Assembly (NCBI GenBank): GCA_900696645.1
Contig: CAADGV010000007.1
Location: forward strand, 195,029-259,028
Reading direction: 5' to 3'
DNA length: 64,000 nt
Origin: an uncultured Chlorobiota bacterium
Lineage (GTDB): Bacteria; Bacteroidota; Ignavibacteria; UBA10030; UBA6906
The position numbers were made by a program, and so were the translations under genes. Numbering within the stretch: the stretch's first letter is position 1; each line of letters starts with the position of its first letter. The notes below the pieces were generated by a model. That model searched no databases. It was not told the DNA's origin and saw nothing but the letters and a program-made list of their open reading frames with translations. Shown one piece after another: positions 1 through 11,007 of the stretch.

Positions 1-1176
1 TTGCGAACAGAGCCCGGAATCACGTTTTCACCTGAACGCGACGAATGTACGTTCACGATTAAAGATGTTACTATCGGTAGAGGGTTTCACTGGCAACGAA
101 AAGAAGATCAACAGTTCAGGGGAAGCTTGAAGCTTCTGCCAACGGATGAAGGCATTCTCGCGATCAATATCGTCAGTATCGAAAACTATCTTGCGAGCGT
201 TATTTCTTCGGAGATGAGTGCCAATGCCTCGGCGAATCTTCTATACGCTCATGCAGTGGCATCACGCAGTTGGCTGCTCGCGCAACTGGAGAGATCACGC
301 TCGCTCACATCAGAACATCACTCATATCCGACAGTTGTTGAAACAGACACCGAGCGCATCCGCTGGTACGATCGTGAGGAACATGAATTGTACGACGTGT
401 GCGCCGACGATCATTGCCAGCGATATCAGGGAATTACCAAGGCACATACGTCATCAGTCAGTGATGCAGTGGAGGCAACATTCGGAAAAGTTCTGATGTA
501 CGGCGGCCTGGTGTGTGATGCCCGGTTTTCGAAGTGTTGCGGCGGAATAACCGAATTGTTTGAAAATGTGTGGCAGCAGGAACCAAAACCGTATTTAACT
601 TCACGGCGTGACGGGCAATTGCGTGATGGGCAAGCCGATGTTTCGGCCGAATCTGATGCCGAGCGATGGATCTGTTCCAACCCGGATGCCTTCTGCAATA
701 CGTCTGATACACGAATCATCTCCCAAGTATTGATCTCGTATGATCAGGAGACAAGCGACTTCTTCCGCTGGAAGGTAGAATATGAACAGGACGAACTGTC
801 GGAAATTATGACGCGCCGCAGCGGCATTGATTTCGGAATGATACTGGATCTTGTACCGGTCGAACGCGGCAAATCGGGGCGGCTGACAAAGCTGAAAATC
901 GTCGGCTCGAAGCGAACATTGACAATCGGCAAGGAGTTGGAAATACGACGCACACTGTCGAATTCTCATCTCTACAGTTCAGCATTGTCAATTCAGCGGC
1001 AGAATGTGAAAGCGGGCGTGCCGTCACGTTTCGTTCTTCACGGTGCCGGATGGGGGCACGGTGTGGGAATGTGCCAGATTGGCGCCGCAGTGATGGGTGA
1101 TGCAGGCTACACAAGTGACAGAATTCTTTCCCATTATTTTCCCAATACAGAACTTATCCAATTGTATCAGGGGTAG
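1..1176 (+). CDS. SpoIID/LytB-domain lytic transglycosylase (probably 5'-truncated by window edge)
   Basis: YLASVISSEM, HAVASRS, VCADDHCQRYQG and C-terminal GWGHGVGMCQIGA motifs of SpoIID/LytB. Confidence 0.9.
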   Translation: MRTEPGITFSPERDECTFTIKDVTIGRGFHWQRKEDQQFRGSLKLLPTDEGILAINIVSIENYLASVISSEMSANASANLLYAHAVASRSWLLAQLERSRSLTSEHHSYPTVVETDTERIRWYDREEHELYDVCADDHCQRYQGITKAHTSSVSDAVEATFGKVLMYGGLVCDARFSKCCGGITELFENVWQQEPKPYLTSRRDGQLRDGQADVSAESDAERWICSNPDAFCNTSDTRIISQVLISYDQETSDFFRWKVEYEQDELSEIMTRRSGIDFGMILDLVPVERGKSGRLTKLKIVGSKRTLTIGKELEIRRTLSNSHLYSSALSIQRQNVKAGVPSRFVLHGAGWGHGVGMCQIGAAVMGDAGYTSDRILSHYFPNTELIQLYQG

Positions 1177-1183
1177 TTTGACG

Positions 1184-2950
1184 ATGCAGCGTTTATGTTG
1201 GACGGTTTTTCTTCAGATGTGTATTATTGGCATGCTTGCAGCCCAACCGGCAATCGACAAGTCACGCCTTTTCATCCTTCTTGTCGTACCCGAAGCCGAT
1301 ACGGTGACCACAACGACGGCGACGTACAGGCTGTCGGCGAGTACAAATCCCGGCAATGCCGTCACTGTCAACGGCAAGCAGTACAACGTGTACCCGTCAG
1401 GCGCATTTTGTGGAAAGCTTGATGTCGCCGTTGGCGAGAACGTCTTTACCATCACTGCGTCCACTGCCGCGGGCACGTCAATGTCAAAGACGTTCGTTAT
1501 TCTTCGTCCGAAGCCCATGGAAACGACGCGGCGTGACACCCTAATGCTCGAGGATGCGCTGATGATGCCGACTCACGATTTGTGGCTTGCGGAAGGTGAC
1601 ATCCTTCAGGTTCAGGTGAAGGGAACACCCGGAGGCAAAGCCACCTTTCTCAACGGCATACCGATGAGGGAGAGGCCCGTTTCACAAACACGCGGTATTG
1701 CAGGCATTTATCGAGGGACATACAAGGTAAAGGCCTCTGATACGTTGGTGAGTCAACGCATAACGTTTCAGCTTGAGGATAGCGTGGGGAACTCGGTCTC
1801 GCGTTCGACGTACGCACGGGTTTCATTCAAATCAAATACGCTTCCTGTAGTCGGCGTAACAAAGGGCGAACGCCCGTATCTGAATGCCGGATTGGGCGAT
1901 GACAGGCTCGGCGCATACAAGTTCTCGATCATCAATCCGGATATTCGCCTTCGGATCACTGGAAAAGTCGGCAACATGTTTCGCGTAGGCTTGACTGAGA
2001 ACCAGGAAGCATGGATTGAAGATACGTATGTTGATCTGCAGCCAGCCGGCACGTTCTTTCCCTCATCTCTCACAGGAAATATTACGGTCGGCGCCGAAGG
2101 AAATCAGGATGTCGTATCGATGTTTCTGAGCGACAGACTTCCTTACTCAACATCCCAACTCTCGAATCCGAACCGTATTGTCGTGAATGTGTACGGCGCT
2201 GCAACAAATACAAACGCCATCACTCATCAGTTGACGGCGAAGGAGATTACAAACGTTTATGTGAATCAGGCGGAGAAGTCTGTTTCCCGAATAACAATCG
2301 AGCTGAAAAGCAAACAGATGTGGGGCTATGAAATTGGATATGAAGGCACTTCTCTCAAAATAAAAGTCCGCCGCCAACCCGAAAGTCTGAAGCTGAAGTC
2401 CCTATCGTTTGCGATAGATGCCGGACACGGCGGAGACAACAAAGGCGCGTTGGGCTCAACGGGGGCTCTCGAAAAAGACGTCACGCTTGCAATTGCCTCT
2501 CATGTCCGAAGGATTCTTGAAGACGAGGGAGCTACCGTCATCTTTACGCGATCGGATGATACGAACCCCGGAATGACGGAGCGATTTCTAAAGGCGTACC
2601 GCGGAGGGGCGGATTTGCTCGTGAGCATACACGCAAACTCCATCGGCCTTACGGGCAATCCGGCGGATACCAAAGGAGCGGGCGCGTTTTACAAGCACAC
2701 ATCGCATAGATTCCTGTCTGAATTCATCTTGAAGGAAATGCTCAGGACGGGTCTCGATACGATCGGCAACGTCGGCAACTTTAACTTTGCGTTGCTCGGG
2801 CCGACTGAATTGCCATCAACACTTGTTGAGACGGCATTCATTTCCAATCCGGAAGATGAGATGAAGCTGTTGGACGATGACTTCCGGAAGGAACTCGCGA
2901 AGCGGATCGTTGACGGCATCTCACAATTCCTCGAATATTGTGATGAGTAA
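1184..2950 (+). CDS. N-acetylmuramoyl-L-alanine amidase (Amidase_3) with signal peptide and N-terminal accessory domains
   Basis: IDAGHGG...EKDVTL...LVSIHAN...LVETAFISN zinc motifs; start placed at ATG 1184 ahead of a hydrophobic signal peptide. Confidence 0.9.
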   Translation: MQRLCWTVFLQMCIIGMLAAQPAIDKSRLFILLVVPEADTVTTTTATYRLSASTNPGNAVTVNGKQYNVYPSGAFCGKLDVAVGENVFTITASTAAGTSMSKTFVILRPKPMETTRRDTLMLEDALMMPTHDLWLAEGDILQVQVKGTPGGKATFLNGIPMRERPVSQTRGIAGIYRGTYKVKASDTLVSQRITFQLEDSVGNSVSRSTYARVSFKSNTLPVVGVTKGERPYLNAGLGDDRLGAYKFSIINPDIRLRITGKVGNMFRVGLTENQEAWIEDTYVDLQPAGTFFPSSLTGNITVGAEGNQDVVSMFLSDRLPYSTSQLSNPNRIVVNVYGAATNTNAITHQLTAKEITNVYVNQAEKSVSRITIELKSKQMWGYEIGYEGTSLKIKVRRQPESLKLKSLSFAIDAGHGGDNKGALGSTGALEKDVTLAIASHVRRILEDEGATVIFTRSDDTNPGMTERFLKAYRGGADLLVSIHANSIGLTGNPADTKGAGAFYKHTSHRFLSEFILKEMLRTGLDTIGNVGNFNFALLGPTELPSTLVETAFISNPEDEMKLLDDDFRKELAKRIVDGISQFLEYCDE

Positions 2951-4232
2951 ACATCCGGCCAAGCGGAATCCGTGGGCGTGGGTTCCTTCGCTCTATTTCG
3001 CGCAAGGCCTTCCGTATGTTATCGTGATGACGGTTTCTGTCATTATGTACAAACGGCTCGGCATCTCGAACACCGACATCGCGTTGTACACAAGTTGGCT
3101 CTACCTTCCGTGGGTCATCAAGCCGCTCTGGAGTCCCGTCGTTGAGTTGTTCAAAACGAAACGCTATTGGATTGTCCTTCTGCAACTCGTTGTGGGAGCG
3201 TCACTTGCGTCGGTGGCGTTGACGATCCCCGTCGCGGGATTTTTTCAGTGGACTCTGGCCGTGTTCTGGCTGATGGCATTCAGTTCCGCCACGCATGACA
3301 TTGCCGCCGACGGATTCTACATGCTCAGTCTCGAGCCTCATCAGCAGGCGGCATACGTCGGGGTTCGCAGCACGTTCTATCGTATCGCGATGATTGCCGG
3401 ACAAGGATTGCTTGTTATGCTGGCCGGTCAGCTTGAAACGCGAACCGGCGGCGACATTCCCCTTGCTTGGTCGTTGACGTTTGGAGTTGTTGCCGCGTTG
3501 TTCATTCTCTTCTTCATCTATCACAAGTTTGTTCTTCCATATCCTTCTGCCGATGTTACAGCTACGCGAAGTTCTTCCGACACGGCATTGAAGGATTTCT
3601 TCAGGGTTTTTGTTCTCTTCTTCAAGAAGAAGAATATCGTTATCACGCTTGCGTTTCTTCTTTTGTATAGATTTGCAGAAGCGCAGCTTGTGAAACTGGC
3701 TTCACCGTTCATGCTCGATCCGATTGACAAGGGGGGATTAGGCCTGAGCACAACCGATGTCGGATTTGTGTACGGAACAGTTGGTATTGTTGCGCTGACC
3801 TTGGGCGGGTTGCTCGGAGGCTATGCAGTGTCCCGCCAAGGATTCAGGTTCTGGCTATTGTGGATGGTTCTCGCCATTAATGTACCTGATGCGGTTTACG
3901 TGTATCTATCATACATGCAGCCGGCGGATCTTTTTGTGATCAATGCCGGGGTTGCCCTTGAACAGTTCGGCTACGGATTCGGCTTCACCGCGTACCTGAT
4001 GTACATGCTTTATGTCTCACGCGGCGAGAATGCCACAGCGCATTACGCCATTTGTACGGGCATCATGGCGCTCGGCATGATGATTCCGGGCATGTTCAGC
4101 GGTTGGATTGAAGAGATGATCGGATATCGACATTTCTTTCTGTGGGTGTGTCTTGCAACCATCCCGAGCTTTGTCGTGGCTCTTCTAATCAAAGTCGAGC
4201 CGGAATTCGGAAAGAAAAGCGAAAGCGAATAA
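2943..4232 (+). CDS. ampG: AmpG-like muropeptide MFS permease
   Basis: About 12 TM segments; [19 protein letters not shown] and [10 protein letters not shown] motifs; overlaps amidase stop. Confidence 0.85.
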   Translation: MSKHPAKRNPWAWVPSLYFAQGLPYVIVMTVSVIMYKRLGISNTDIALYTSWLYLPWVIKPLWSPVVELFKTKRYWIVLLQLVVGASLASVALTIPVAGFFQWTLAVFWLMAFSSATHDIAADGFYMLSLEPHQQAAYVGVRSTFYRIAMIAGQGLLVMLAGQLETRTGGDIPLAWSLTFGVVAALFILFFIYHKFVLPYPSADVTATRSSSDTALKDFFRVFVLFFKKKNIVITLAFLLLYRFAEAQLVKLASPFMLDPIDKGGLGLSTTDVGFVYGTVGIVALTLGGLLGGYAVSRQGFRFWLLWMVLAINVPDAVYVYLSYMQPADLFVINAGVALEQFGYGFGFTAYLMYMLYVSRGENATAHYAICTGIMALGMMIPGMFSGWIEEMIGYRHFFLWVCLATIPSFVVALLIKVEPEFGKKSESE

Positions 4233-4236
4233 ACCA

Positions 4237-5748
4237 ATGTCAAAGCCTATTACAGCATTTCTGCCCTATAGCGGAAAGCATTACACGAAACTGACCGTCG
4301 AACAACTCCGCCATTCGGGAGTCGTGGAGCGGATAGTTCTGCTAACGAACGGTCCGCACTACCATCATCTTGACGGATGCGAATCACTTCCCGTAGATAC
4401 CATCACGTCGAACCGGACACTGAGAGGCATAGCAAGAAAACTGGACACACACTTCGCGCTTATGTTTCTTCAGGATACATCCTACAGGCTCGGCCAGTTC
4501 ACGTTGGAACGGTTTCTCGATGTTGCGCAGAACACCGTCTCCGGACTTGTGTACTCGGATTACGAGAATCTGAAAGCAGGGCAGCGCGTGGCGCATCCCG
4601 TTCTCGACTATCAGGAGGGAAGCTTGCGGGATGATTTCGATTTCGGCCCGCTTCTTTTCTTCAATAGCGTCATCCTCAAAGAGTCGTTGAAGGAAACAGA
4701 CGACTTTGATTTTGCGGCAGCGGGATTGTATGCGCTCAGGCTTGCCATTTCGCGGCAAAGCCGCATCACGAGAATCAGGGAGTTTCTCTACCAAAAAACC
4801 GAGCGGGACGCGAGAAAATCCGGCGAAAAGCAGTTCGACTATGTTGACTCACGAAACCGGGATGCGCAAATCGAGATGGAGCTTGCTGTCAGCGATCACC
4901 TCAAGAAGGTCGGCGCTTTTTTGAAGCCCGACTTTGTTGACGTGGATTTGGAAGAAGGTGATTTCGATGTCGAGGCTTCCGTAATTATTCCGGTGAAGAA
5001 CCGCCGCAAAACAATTGCGGATGCCGTTGACTCCGCGCTGAAGCAGAAGACGAATTTCCGATTCAACATTATCATCGTGAACAACCACTCGACCGACGGC
5101 ACAACGGAACTTGTGAGACAGTATTCCGGGAGAGGAAGCCGGGTTGTCCACATCATCCCTGAGAGGGAAGATCTCGGCATCGGCGGATGCTGGAATGTTG
5201 CCCTGCACGACCATCATTGCGGACGCTATGCCGTGCAACTCGACAGCGACGACATATACAAGGACGAACGAACACTGCAGAGAATTGTGGATACCTTTCG
5301 TGCCGAGCGATGCGCGATGGTTGTCGGCTCCTATCTCATGACGAACCTCCGGCTGGAGGAAATTCCTCCCGGCATTATTGATCACAAGGAATGGACGCCG
5401 GACAACGGCAGGAACAATGCTCTACGAGTGAACGGGTTTGGCGCTCCGCGTGCATTCTTCACGCCCATTCTCCGGCGTGTAAAATTCCCGAATGTCAGCT
5501 ACGGTGAGGATTACGCAGCGGCTCTTGCCATCTCGCGTGACTATCGGATTGGACGAATCTACGAACCGATTTATGTGTGCAGGCGCTGGGAGGGAAATTC
5601 CGATGCCGACCTCGATATTGCACAACTCAATACGCACAATTTCTACAAAGACAAGATTCGAACGTTCGAGCTGCTCGCTCGTCAACGCAAAAATGCGATG
5701 AGGCAATCAACACCAACAACAAGAACGAAAGCGAGAAAACGCCGCTAA
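4237..5748 (+). CDS. Glycosyltransferase family 2 (degenerate N-terminal GT-A domain + C-terminal GT2 domain)
   Basis: [25 protein letters not shown] (DxD) and GEDY motifs. Confidence 0.88.
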   Translation: MSKPITAFLPYSGKHYTKLTVEQLRHSGVVERIVLLTNGPHYHHLDGCESLPVDTITSNRTLRGIARKLDTHFALMFLQDTSYRLGQFTLERFLDVAQNTVSGLVYSDYENLKAGQRVAHPVLDYQEGSLRDDFDFGPLLFFNSVILKESLKETDDFDFAAAGLYALRLAISRQSRITRIREFLYQKTERDARKSGEKQFDYVDSRNRDAQIEMELAVSDHLKKVGAFLKPDFVDVDLEEGDFDVEASVIIPVKNRRKTIADAVDSALKQKTNFRFNIIIVNNHSTDGTTELVRQYSGRGSRVVHIIPEREDLGIGGCWNVALHDHHCGRYAVQLDSDDIYKDERTLQRIVDTFRAERCAMVVGSYLMTNLRLEEIPPGIIDHKEWTPDNGRNNALRVNGFGAPRAFFTPILRRVKFPNVSYGEDYAAALAISRDYRIGRIYEPIYVCRRWEGNSDADLDIAQLNTHNFYKDKIRTFELLARQRKNAMRQSTPTTRTKARKRR

Positions 5749-5752
5749 ACAT

Positions 5753-6769
5753 ATGCACACGAACTTCCTGCTCTCCGATTCCGATCTTTCCACATTCAAC
5801 GAAATCGAACATTGGTCCGATAGACTTGCTGCCCTGCTTGCGCATCAGATGCAATCGTGGAAGTTGCTGCGCAACAACTATGACGAACTGGCCGACATCA
5901 AAAGAAAGACGTTCAGGATTGATGGTTCTGCTCACGAAGTCCAATGGAATCCGGGCCGGATTGTTTCATCATCGGCAATGGTTGACGAGAAATCTGTTCG
6001 TGAGAGAAGTTGCTTTCTCTGCAAAGAGAATCTCCCGAAAGAGCAGCGGGGGATTGTGTACCGGGACGTGTTTCTCGTTCTTTGTAATCCTTTCCCGATT
6101 TTTCCCGAGCATTTCACGATCCCGCGTAAAGATCACACTCCGCAGGAGGTTCGTCAATCATTTCCAACACTGCTTGAACTCAGCAGGGATGTTTCTGATG
6201 GATATGTGATTTTGTACAACGGCCCGAAATGCGGAGCTTCTGCGCCAGATCATCTTCATTTCCACGCCGGAAGTAAAGGGTTTCTGCCGATTGAAGACGA
6301 ATACGAGAAATTGATTACGAAAACGGGAGAGAAAATTGCCGATTTCGGAGGGCTGCTCGCGTTCGCGGTCGGGGATTTCCTCCGGCCATTCGTGTCGATG
6401 GAATGTGATGATGAGGATCTGCTACAGGAGGCATTTATAAGATATTATGAGGTCGCCCGGCAACTGTCCGGCGGGCCTGACGAGCCGATGATGAATGTCA
6501 TGTCGTCATTTCAGGATGGTGAATGGCGCGTGATCATTTTCCCGCGGACGGCACATCGCCCGTCGTCTTTTCTTGAAGAAGGCGAAAAGAATATGATGGT
6601 AAGCCCGGCGGCGATTGATATGTGTGGCGTTATCACAACGCCGCTGGAGAAGGACTTCAACCGGATAACGGAAGATTACATCAGGCAGATGTTTCGCGAA
6701 GTATCGCCCTCACGCGAACAATTTACCGGTCTCGTACAGGCTGTTGCGGCCTCGCTTTCCGATCTCTAA
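5753..6769 (+). CDS. DUF4922-like HIT/GalT-fold nucleotidyl transferase or phosphorylase
   Basis: QWNPGRIVSS, CFLC, LCNPFPI, YNGPKCGASAPDHLHFH and IIFPR motifs; follows GT2 as in Bacteroidota. Confidence 0.8.
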   Translation: MHTNFLLSDSDLSTFNEIEHWSDRLAALLAHQMQSWKLLRNNYDELADIKRKTFRIDGSAHEVQWNPGRIVSSSAMVDEKSVRERSCFLCKENLPKEQRGIVYRDVFLVLCNPFPIFPEHFTIPRKDHTPQEVRQSFPTLLELSRDVSDGYVILYNGPKCGASAPDHLHFHAGSKGFLPIEDEYEKLITKTGEKIADFGGLLAFAVGDFLRPFVSMECDDEDLLQEAFIRYYEVARQLSGGPDEPMMNVMSSFQDGEWRVIIFPRTAHRPSSFLEEGEKNMMVSPAAIDMCGVITTPLEKDFNRITEDYIRQMFREVSPSREQFTGLVQAVAASLSDL

Positions 6770-6787
6770 GTCCCTTCCGGTTCGGAG

Positions 6788-8275
6788 TCACATCCCGTAC
6801 TTCTCGCCCACCTCGCCGAGCGGCTTCTTGAACTTGAATCCGAACAACTCCGGATTATCTCCAATGACGGCTGCCGAGACAATGTAGAAGACGTAGTTGT
6901 AGGTTTCCTTCGGCAGCTTGTCTTTGTATTGACGGAAGAACGTCCAGAAGTTTCTGTCACGCGGATTCTGCGGCATCTTGCGAATCAATCCCTTCACAAC
7001 ATTGTGTCCCCAATTGTACGAGGCCATCACCAGCAAGCCCGATGCCTGCGCTTCCGTGTTGTAGATGTCTGCAATATATGCAGCAGCAGCTTTTGTGGAC
7101 TTGACGGGATCGTGCCGTTCATCTGCCGGGTCGAATTTCGCAAGCGCGGCGAGCGGGCCGACCTTCAATCCGTATTCTTGCGCCGTTGTTGCAATGAACT
7201 GCCACATTCCTTTTGCCACGCCGAACCGCGTCTGCGGGCCGACCTGCTCGCGTATGAAGTCGCTTTCCTGCAAGCCGAGATAGAAATAATGCGGGGGAAG
7301 ATTCTGTGATATCATCGCCTCCGAGATGTGCTGGATGTAGCCGTTCTCCTCGGCACGGGCGATTGCCTGGCGAAGACGCGGCGATTTCTTCCATTCACTG
7401 ATGTAGAACTTCACTTCTTTGACAAAATCTTCCGGCATGTTTATCTCGCATTCGCCAAAGACTCTCGCAACATGCAGAATGGCCTTGTCAACATCATCCT
7501 TCACATCGTAAATGCCCAACTGTTTGATGAACTCGTCGTACTTATCCTGAAGAGCCCGCCGCCGGGTGATGTACTTGGCCGCTTCTTCTTTCAATCCCGC
7601 ATCGCCCGATTGCGTGAGTTTCTGCACAAGCGCGGCGTAGTCGAGATCCATTTGCTTCAGTTGATAGAAAATATCCTCGGCAAGCGCTTTTTGCTCTTCA
7701 AGCTGCATGTGCTTGACGTACGCGTAAATTCCCGCGCCGATTGCTACAACAAGCACGGCGAGGATGATCTTCATGTACTTTCCCTTTTGTTTTTTTGAGA
7801 CCTGCTTGAAGGCTTTGCGTACCATCTGCGTGCGTTCGCCTGCCGGAGCAGAAGAGGATTCATCGAAATAATGCTTGATGACGCCCGAGAGTGACGGATC
7901 GGCCTGCGCTTGCGCTGAAGTCGGATCGATCACTTCTTCTCCCCCGACCGTGAAATAGACCAGCGGGCCGTTGATGCCGATACCGATTCGCGTTGTGCGT
8001 GTCAGGGGAATACGCTCGATCTTTGCCCCTTCCTTGTACGATCCGTTTGTACTCTTCAGATCTTCATACCACCAGCGATCGTCGACGAATTCGACCTTTG
8101 CATGGACCCTGCTCGAGGCCGTATCCTTCAACATCACATCACACTCCGCATCACGCCCGATTTTGAAGTCGTGTGTGAATTCGTACTTCTTCGTAGGCGA
8201 ACTGTCCCGCTCTATACGGATGGAAATGGGCGGAGGCGTAGTCGGGGCTTGTTTGGTCACTATCTTTGTGTCCAT
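6788..8275 (-). CDS. FHA domain + transmembrane helix + MltD-like lytic transglycosylase (SLT)
   Basis: FHA motifs IGR, SRVHA, DLKSTNG; TM IILAVLVVAIGAGIY; SLT motifs QES, GMWQF, ASYNWG, ETYNYV. Confidence 0.88.
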   Translation of the reverse strand: MDTKIVTKQAPTTPPPISIRIERDSSPTKKYEFTHDFKIGRDAECDVMLKDTASSRVHAKVEFVDDRWWYEDLKSTNGSYKEGAKIERIPLTRTTRIGIGINGPLVYFTVGGEEVIDPTSAQAQADPSLSGVIKHYFDESSSAPAGERTQMVRKAFKQVSKKQKGKYMKIILAVLVVAIGAGIYAYVKHMQLEEQKALAEDIFYQLKQMDLDYAALVQKLTQSGDAGLKEEAAKYITRRRALQDKYDEFIKQLGIYDVKDDVDKAILHVARVFGECEINMPEDFVKEVKFYISEWKKSPRLRQAIARAEENGYIQHISEAMISQNLPPHYFYLGLQESDFIREQVGPQTRFGVAKGMWQFIATTAQEYGLKVGPLAALAKFDPADERHDPVKSTKAAAAYIADIYNTEAQASGLLVMASYNWGHNVVKGLIRKMPQNPRDRNFWTFFRQYKDKLPKETYNYVFYIVSAAVIGDNPELFGFKFKKPLGEVGEKYGM

Positions 8276-8399
8276 ACGTTACCTGCGGCGAATGTGGTTG
8301 TGAAGTGATTAGAGAATCAGGCCGAAGGAAGGAGAATGCACGGCCCTGCTGCCACAATATACAAATTCAAAAGTGAAGGTCAAGAATGGGAAGTTCGAT

Positions 8400-9635
8400 T
8401 TAATACAGGAGATGCTTCCGGGAACGCGACGTGAAGGACTCTACATCTTTTCGCAAAAAATGGCTGAGGTCGTCATACTGCATTCGTTTGGTAAACAACG
8501 CCCGAACCTGACTTGACCCTGCAACTTTGTCGAACATGGAAATGCGTGAACTATCCGCAAGCAGGAATGGGTTCTTTGTCGGATACAGCTCGTTGTGAAC
8601 CTGCAGGCAGATGAACTGCAGGCTCATCAGATTCACCTTTGTGTAGTCTGCTATGTGAACTTGTACGCCTTTGAGCAACTTGTCCTTAAACTTTCCATAA
8701 AAAGGCGTGAACGTGATGGGACGAAACACAAGGCCGCTAATTGTCAACGCATTCAGCTTCTCGGCAAACTGTTTCGGGTCAATCCATTCCGCTGCAAATG
8801 TCTGGAACGGAATTGTGTAACCGACACCCTCCGAAATTACGCCTAACTCTCCGAGAATTCCCATGCTGACGTAATGCGCCGGTGAGTACGGGGCGGGAAT
8901 GTGGGGGGAAGTCTGCACCCACGGAAGTCCCGTTTCTGCGAACGTCATTGACCGCTTCCATCCCTTCATAGGCACGACGGTGAGTTTGCATTTCTTTTTC
9001 AGCATTCCCTCTTCATTCAACATTGTCGCAAGCTCGCCGCATGTGAGTCCGTACACATAGGGAATTGGATACTGACTGACGAATGACTCGAAACCTTTCT
9101 CGACTACATTGCCCTCCACCTTCTCGCCGCCAAGCGGGTTCGGACGATCGAGAACAATAAACTCGATATTGTTCTCTGCGGCCGCTTCCATTGCAAGTCC
9201 CATCGTGCTGATGTATGTGTACGAGCGGCAGCCGATATCTTGAATATCATACACAAGTGCATCAATTCCCTTCAGCATAGAGGCGGTAGGCTTTCGTGTC
9301 TTACCGTACAGAGAATAGACAGGAAGCCCGGTAGCGGGGTCCGTGGCATGCTCGACGTATTGTCCCGCCGGCACATTACCCCGCACGCCATGTTCGGGGC
9401 CGAAGAGAGCTACCAGCCTGAAGTTCTTTGCCGCGTGGAGGATGTCGATGGTTGCCTTGAGCTTCGAATCAACACCTGTCGGATTTGTAATTAGTCCGAC
9501 ACGCTTGCCTTTCAAAATGGCGAAACCGGATTCGCGAAGAACTTCGATGCCGGTACGGACAGTTGGAGTGTCCGAATAGGCGGGTCCGCAAGCCGCAGTA
9601 ACAACAGAAAGCAGCGTGAGAAATTTGGCAAGCAT
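8400..9635 (-). CDS. namZ: Exo-beta-N-acetylmuramidase NamZ (DUF1343)
   Basis: VGLITNPTG, LFGPEHG, DIQDIG, VLDRPNP motifs; signal peptide. Confidence 0.9.
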   Translation of the reverse strand: MLAKFLTLLSVVTAACGPAYSDTPTVRTGIEVLRESGFAILKGKRVGLITNPTGVDSKLKATIDILHAAKNFRLVALFGPEHGVRGNVPAGQYVEHATDPATGLPVYSLYGKTRKPTASMLKGIDALVYDIQDIGCRSYTYISTMGLAMEAAAENNIEFIVLDRPNPLGGEKVEGNVVEKGFESFVSQYPIPYVYGLTCGELATMLNEEGMLKKKCKLTVVPMKGWKRSMTFAETGLPWVQTSPHIPAPYSPAHYVSMGILGELGVISEGVGYTIPFQTFAAEWIDPKQFAEKLNALTISGLVFRPITFTPFYGKFKDKLLKGVQVHIADYTKVNLMSLQFICLQVHNELYPTKNPFLLADSSRISMFDKVAGSSQVRALFTKRMQYDDLSHFLRKDVESFTSRSRKHLLY

Positions 9636-9797
9636 GATTGTTTCTGTATTGATTTCCTTGTCAAGGTATTTCAATGGCTTCTGAAATGCAACACACCTTG
9701 GAACTTTGTGTTATGCTTTCGCGCCGAAACTTTTTATATTGATGTATGTGATTTCCCGTTGCATCAATTCGTTCAATCCATCACTCAAAAGATTCCA

Positions 9798-10595
9798 GTG
9801 CCGAAAACTCTCAATATCTTCTTCGTTGGCGACATCGTCGGCCAGCCGGGGCTTGACCTTGCCGTAACGCTTGTTCCCAACTACATCAAGAAATACAATG
9901 TCGATCTTCTCATTATCAACGGCGAGAACACGACGGAAGGCAAGGGTATTGCCGAAGAACATGCGAAGAAGATATTTGAACTCGGCGCGCATGTTATAAC
10001 AACGGGCAATCATGTGTGGGACAGGTGGGACAGCCGGAAGGTTCTCGGCGCCGACAGGCGCATACTTCGCCCGCTGAACTATCCTCGTGAAAACGGCGGC
10101 AGCGGGTATATCGTTGTTGATTTGGGCGAGAAGGGAAAAGTCGGTGTGCTGAATCTTCAGGGAAGAGTGTACATGCAACCGATTGACGATCCGTTCAAAG
10201 CAGCGGATTGGGCCATTGCGAAAATGCACGAAGAGACGAAAGTGGTTTTTGTGGATTTCCATGCGGACGCGACAGCTGAGAAGATGGCGATGGGCTGGCA
10301 CCTCGACGGCAAAGTGACTGCCTGTATCGGCACGCACACGCATACACCAACTGCCGACGGTCGAATTCTGCCCAGAGGTACGGCATTCCAATCGGATGTC
10401 GGGATGACGGGGCCGTATGATTCTGTTCTGGGGATGAAGAAGGAGCAGGCGTTGAAGCGCATGACAATGCAAACTCCGCACAAGTATGAAGTAGCGTCGC
10501 ATGATGTTCGGCTCTGTGCAGTCTATGTTCAGGCAGATTGTGAAACAGGGCGTGCGTTGGAAATGGAGAGCGTGATATTTCCTGCATTCGGGTGA
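9798..10595 (+). CDS. YmdB-like metallophosphoesterase (TIGR00282 type)
   Basis: GDIVG, NGEN, GNH, RPLNYP, GTHTH, DVGMTGPYDS motifs; GTG start inferred. Confidence 0.9.
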   Translation: MPKTLNIFFVGDIVGQPGLDLAVTLVPNYIKKYNVDLLIINGENTTEGKGIAEEHAKKIFELGAHVITTGNHVWDRWDSRKVLGADRRILRPLNYPRENGGSGYIVVDLGEKGKVGVLNLQGRVYMQPIDDPFKAADWAIAKMHEETKVVFVDFHADATAEKMAMGWHLDGKVTACIGTHTHTPTADGRILPRGTAFQSDVGMTGPYDSVLGMKKEQALKRMTMQTPHKYEVASHDVRLCAVYVQADCETGRALEMESVIFPAFG

Positions 10596-10606
10596 GAAAA
10601 AAGATC

Positions 10607-10818
10607 ACCACCAAGGCTCCAAGACGCCAAGAACTGTGTTCTTGTTGAATTGAAGTCGGTTGAGAGGTTAATCCCTCTCTATGAAGCTCAAGTTCTTTCG
10701 TATCTCAAACTTACTCAAAAACGTTTGGGTCTGTTAATCAACTTCAACGTTGTTCTTATCAAGGACGGAATAAAAAGAATCATTCTCTAACAACTTGGTG
10801 CCTTAGCGCCTTGGTGGT
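10607..10818 (+). mobile_element. Inverted-arm element 1 carrying a C-terminal GxxExxY remnant
   Basis: Arms 10607-10631 and 10794-10818 (21/25 complementary) enclose the frame NCVLVELKSVERLIPLYEAQVLSYLKLTQKRLGLLINFNVVLIKDGIKRIIL*. Confidence 0.8.
10632..10790 (+). pseudogene. GxxExxY pseudogene fragment (N-terminal half deleted)
   Basis: 52 codons aligning by eye to the C-terminal half of 13433..13849 (ELK.VE.L.P...AQ.LS.L....RLG..INFNV.LIK.GIKRII). Confidence 0.85.
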
Positions 10819-10850
10819 AGTCTCCGGCGTTTGTGTGAAAATGAAAAATC

Positions 10851-11007
10851 ACCACCAAGGCACGAAGACGCCAAGAGTATTAGAACCCATGTTTCAAGAA
10901 CCAGACAAAGAGACTGTTCGGGTTGCTTCAATTTCAACGCTGTTATAGTAAAAGACGGAATAAGAATCATTTTTTCAAACAACTTGGTGCCTTGGCGCCT
11001 CCGTGGT
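10851..11007 (+). mobile_element. Inverted-arm element 2 carrying an internally deleted GxxExxY remnant
   Basis: Arms 10851-10875 and 10983-11007 (19/25 complementary); inside, MFQEPDKETVRVAS (ATG 10889) is joined out of frame to FNFNAVIVKDGIRII. Confidence 0.75.

Noticed and set aside
10607..11007. Repeated ~25-nt units as a possible CRISPR array
   Set aside because: Units alternate in orientation, the intervening DNA is GxxExxY coding remnant of unequal length, and no cas genes are present.
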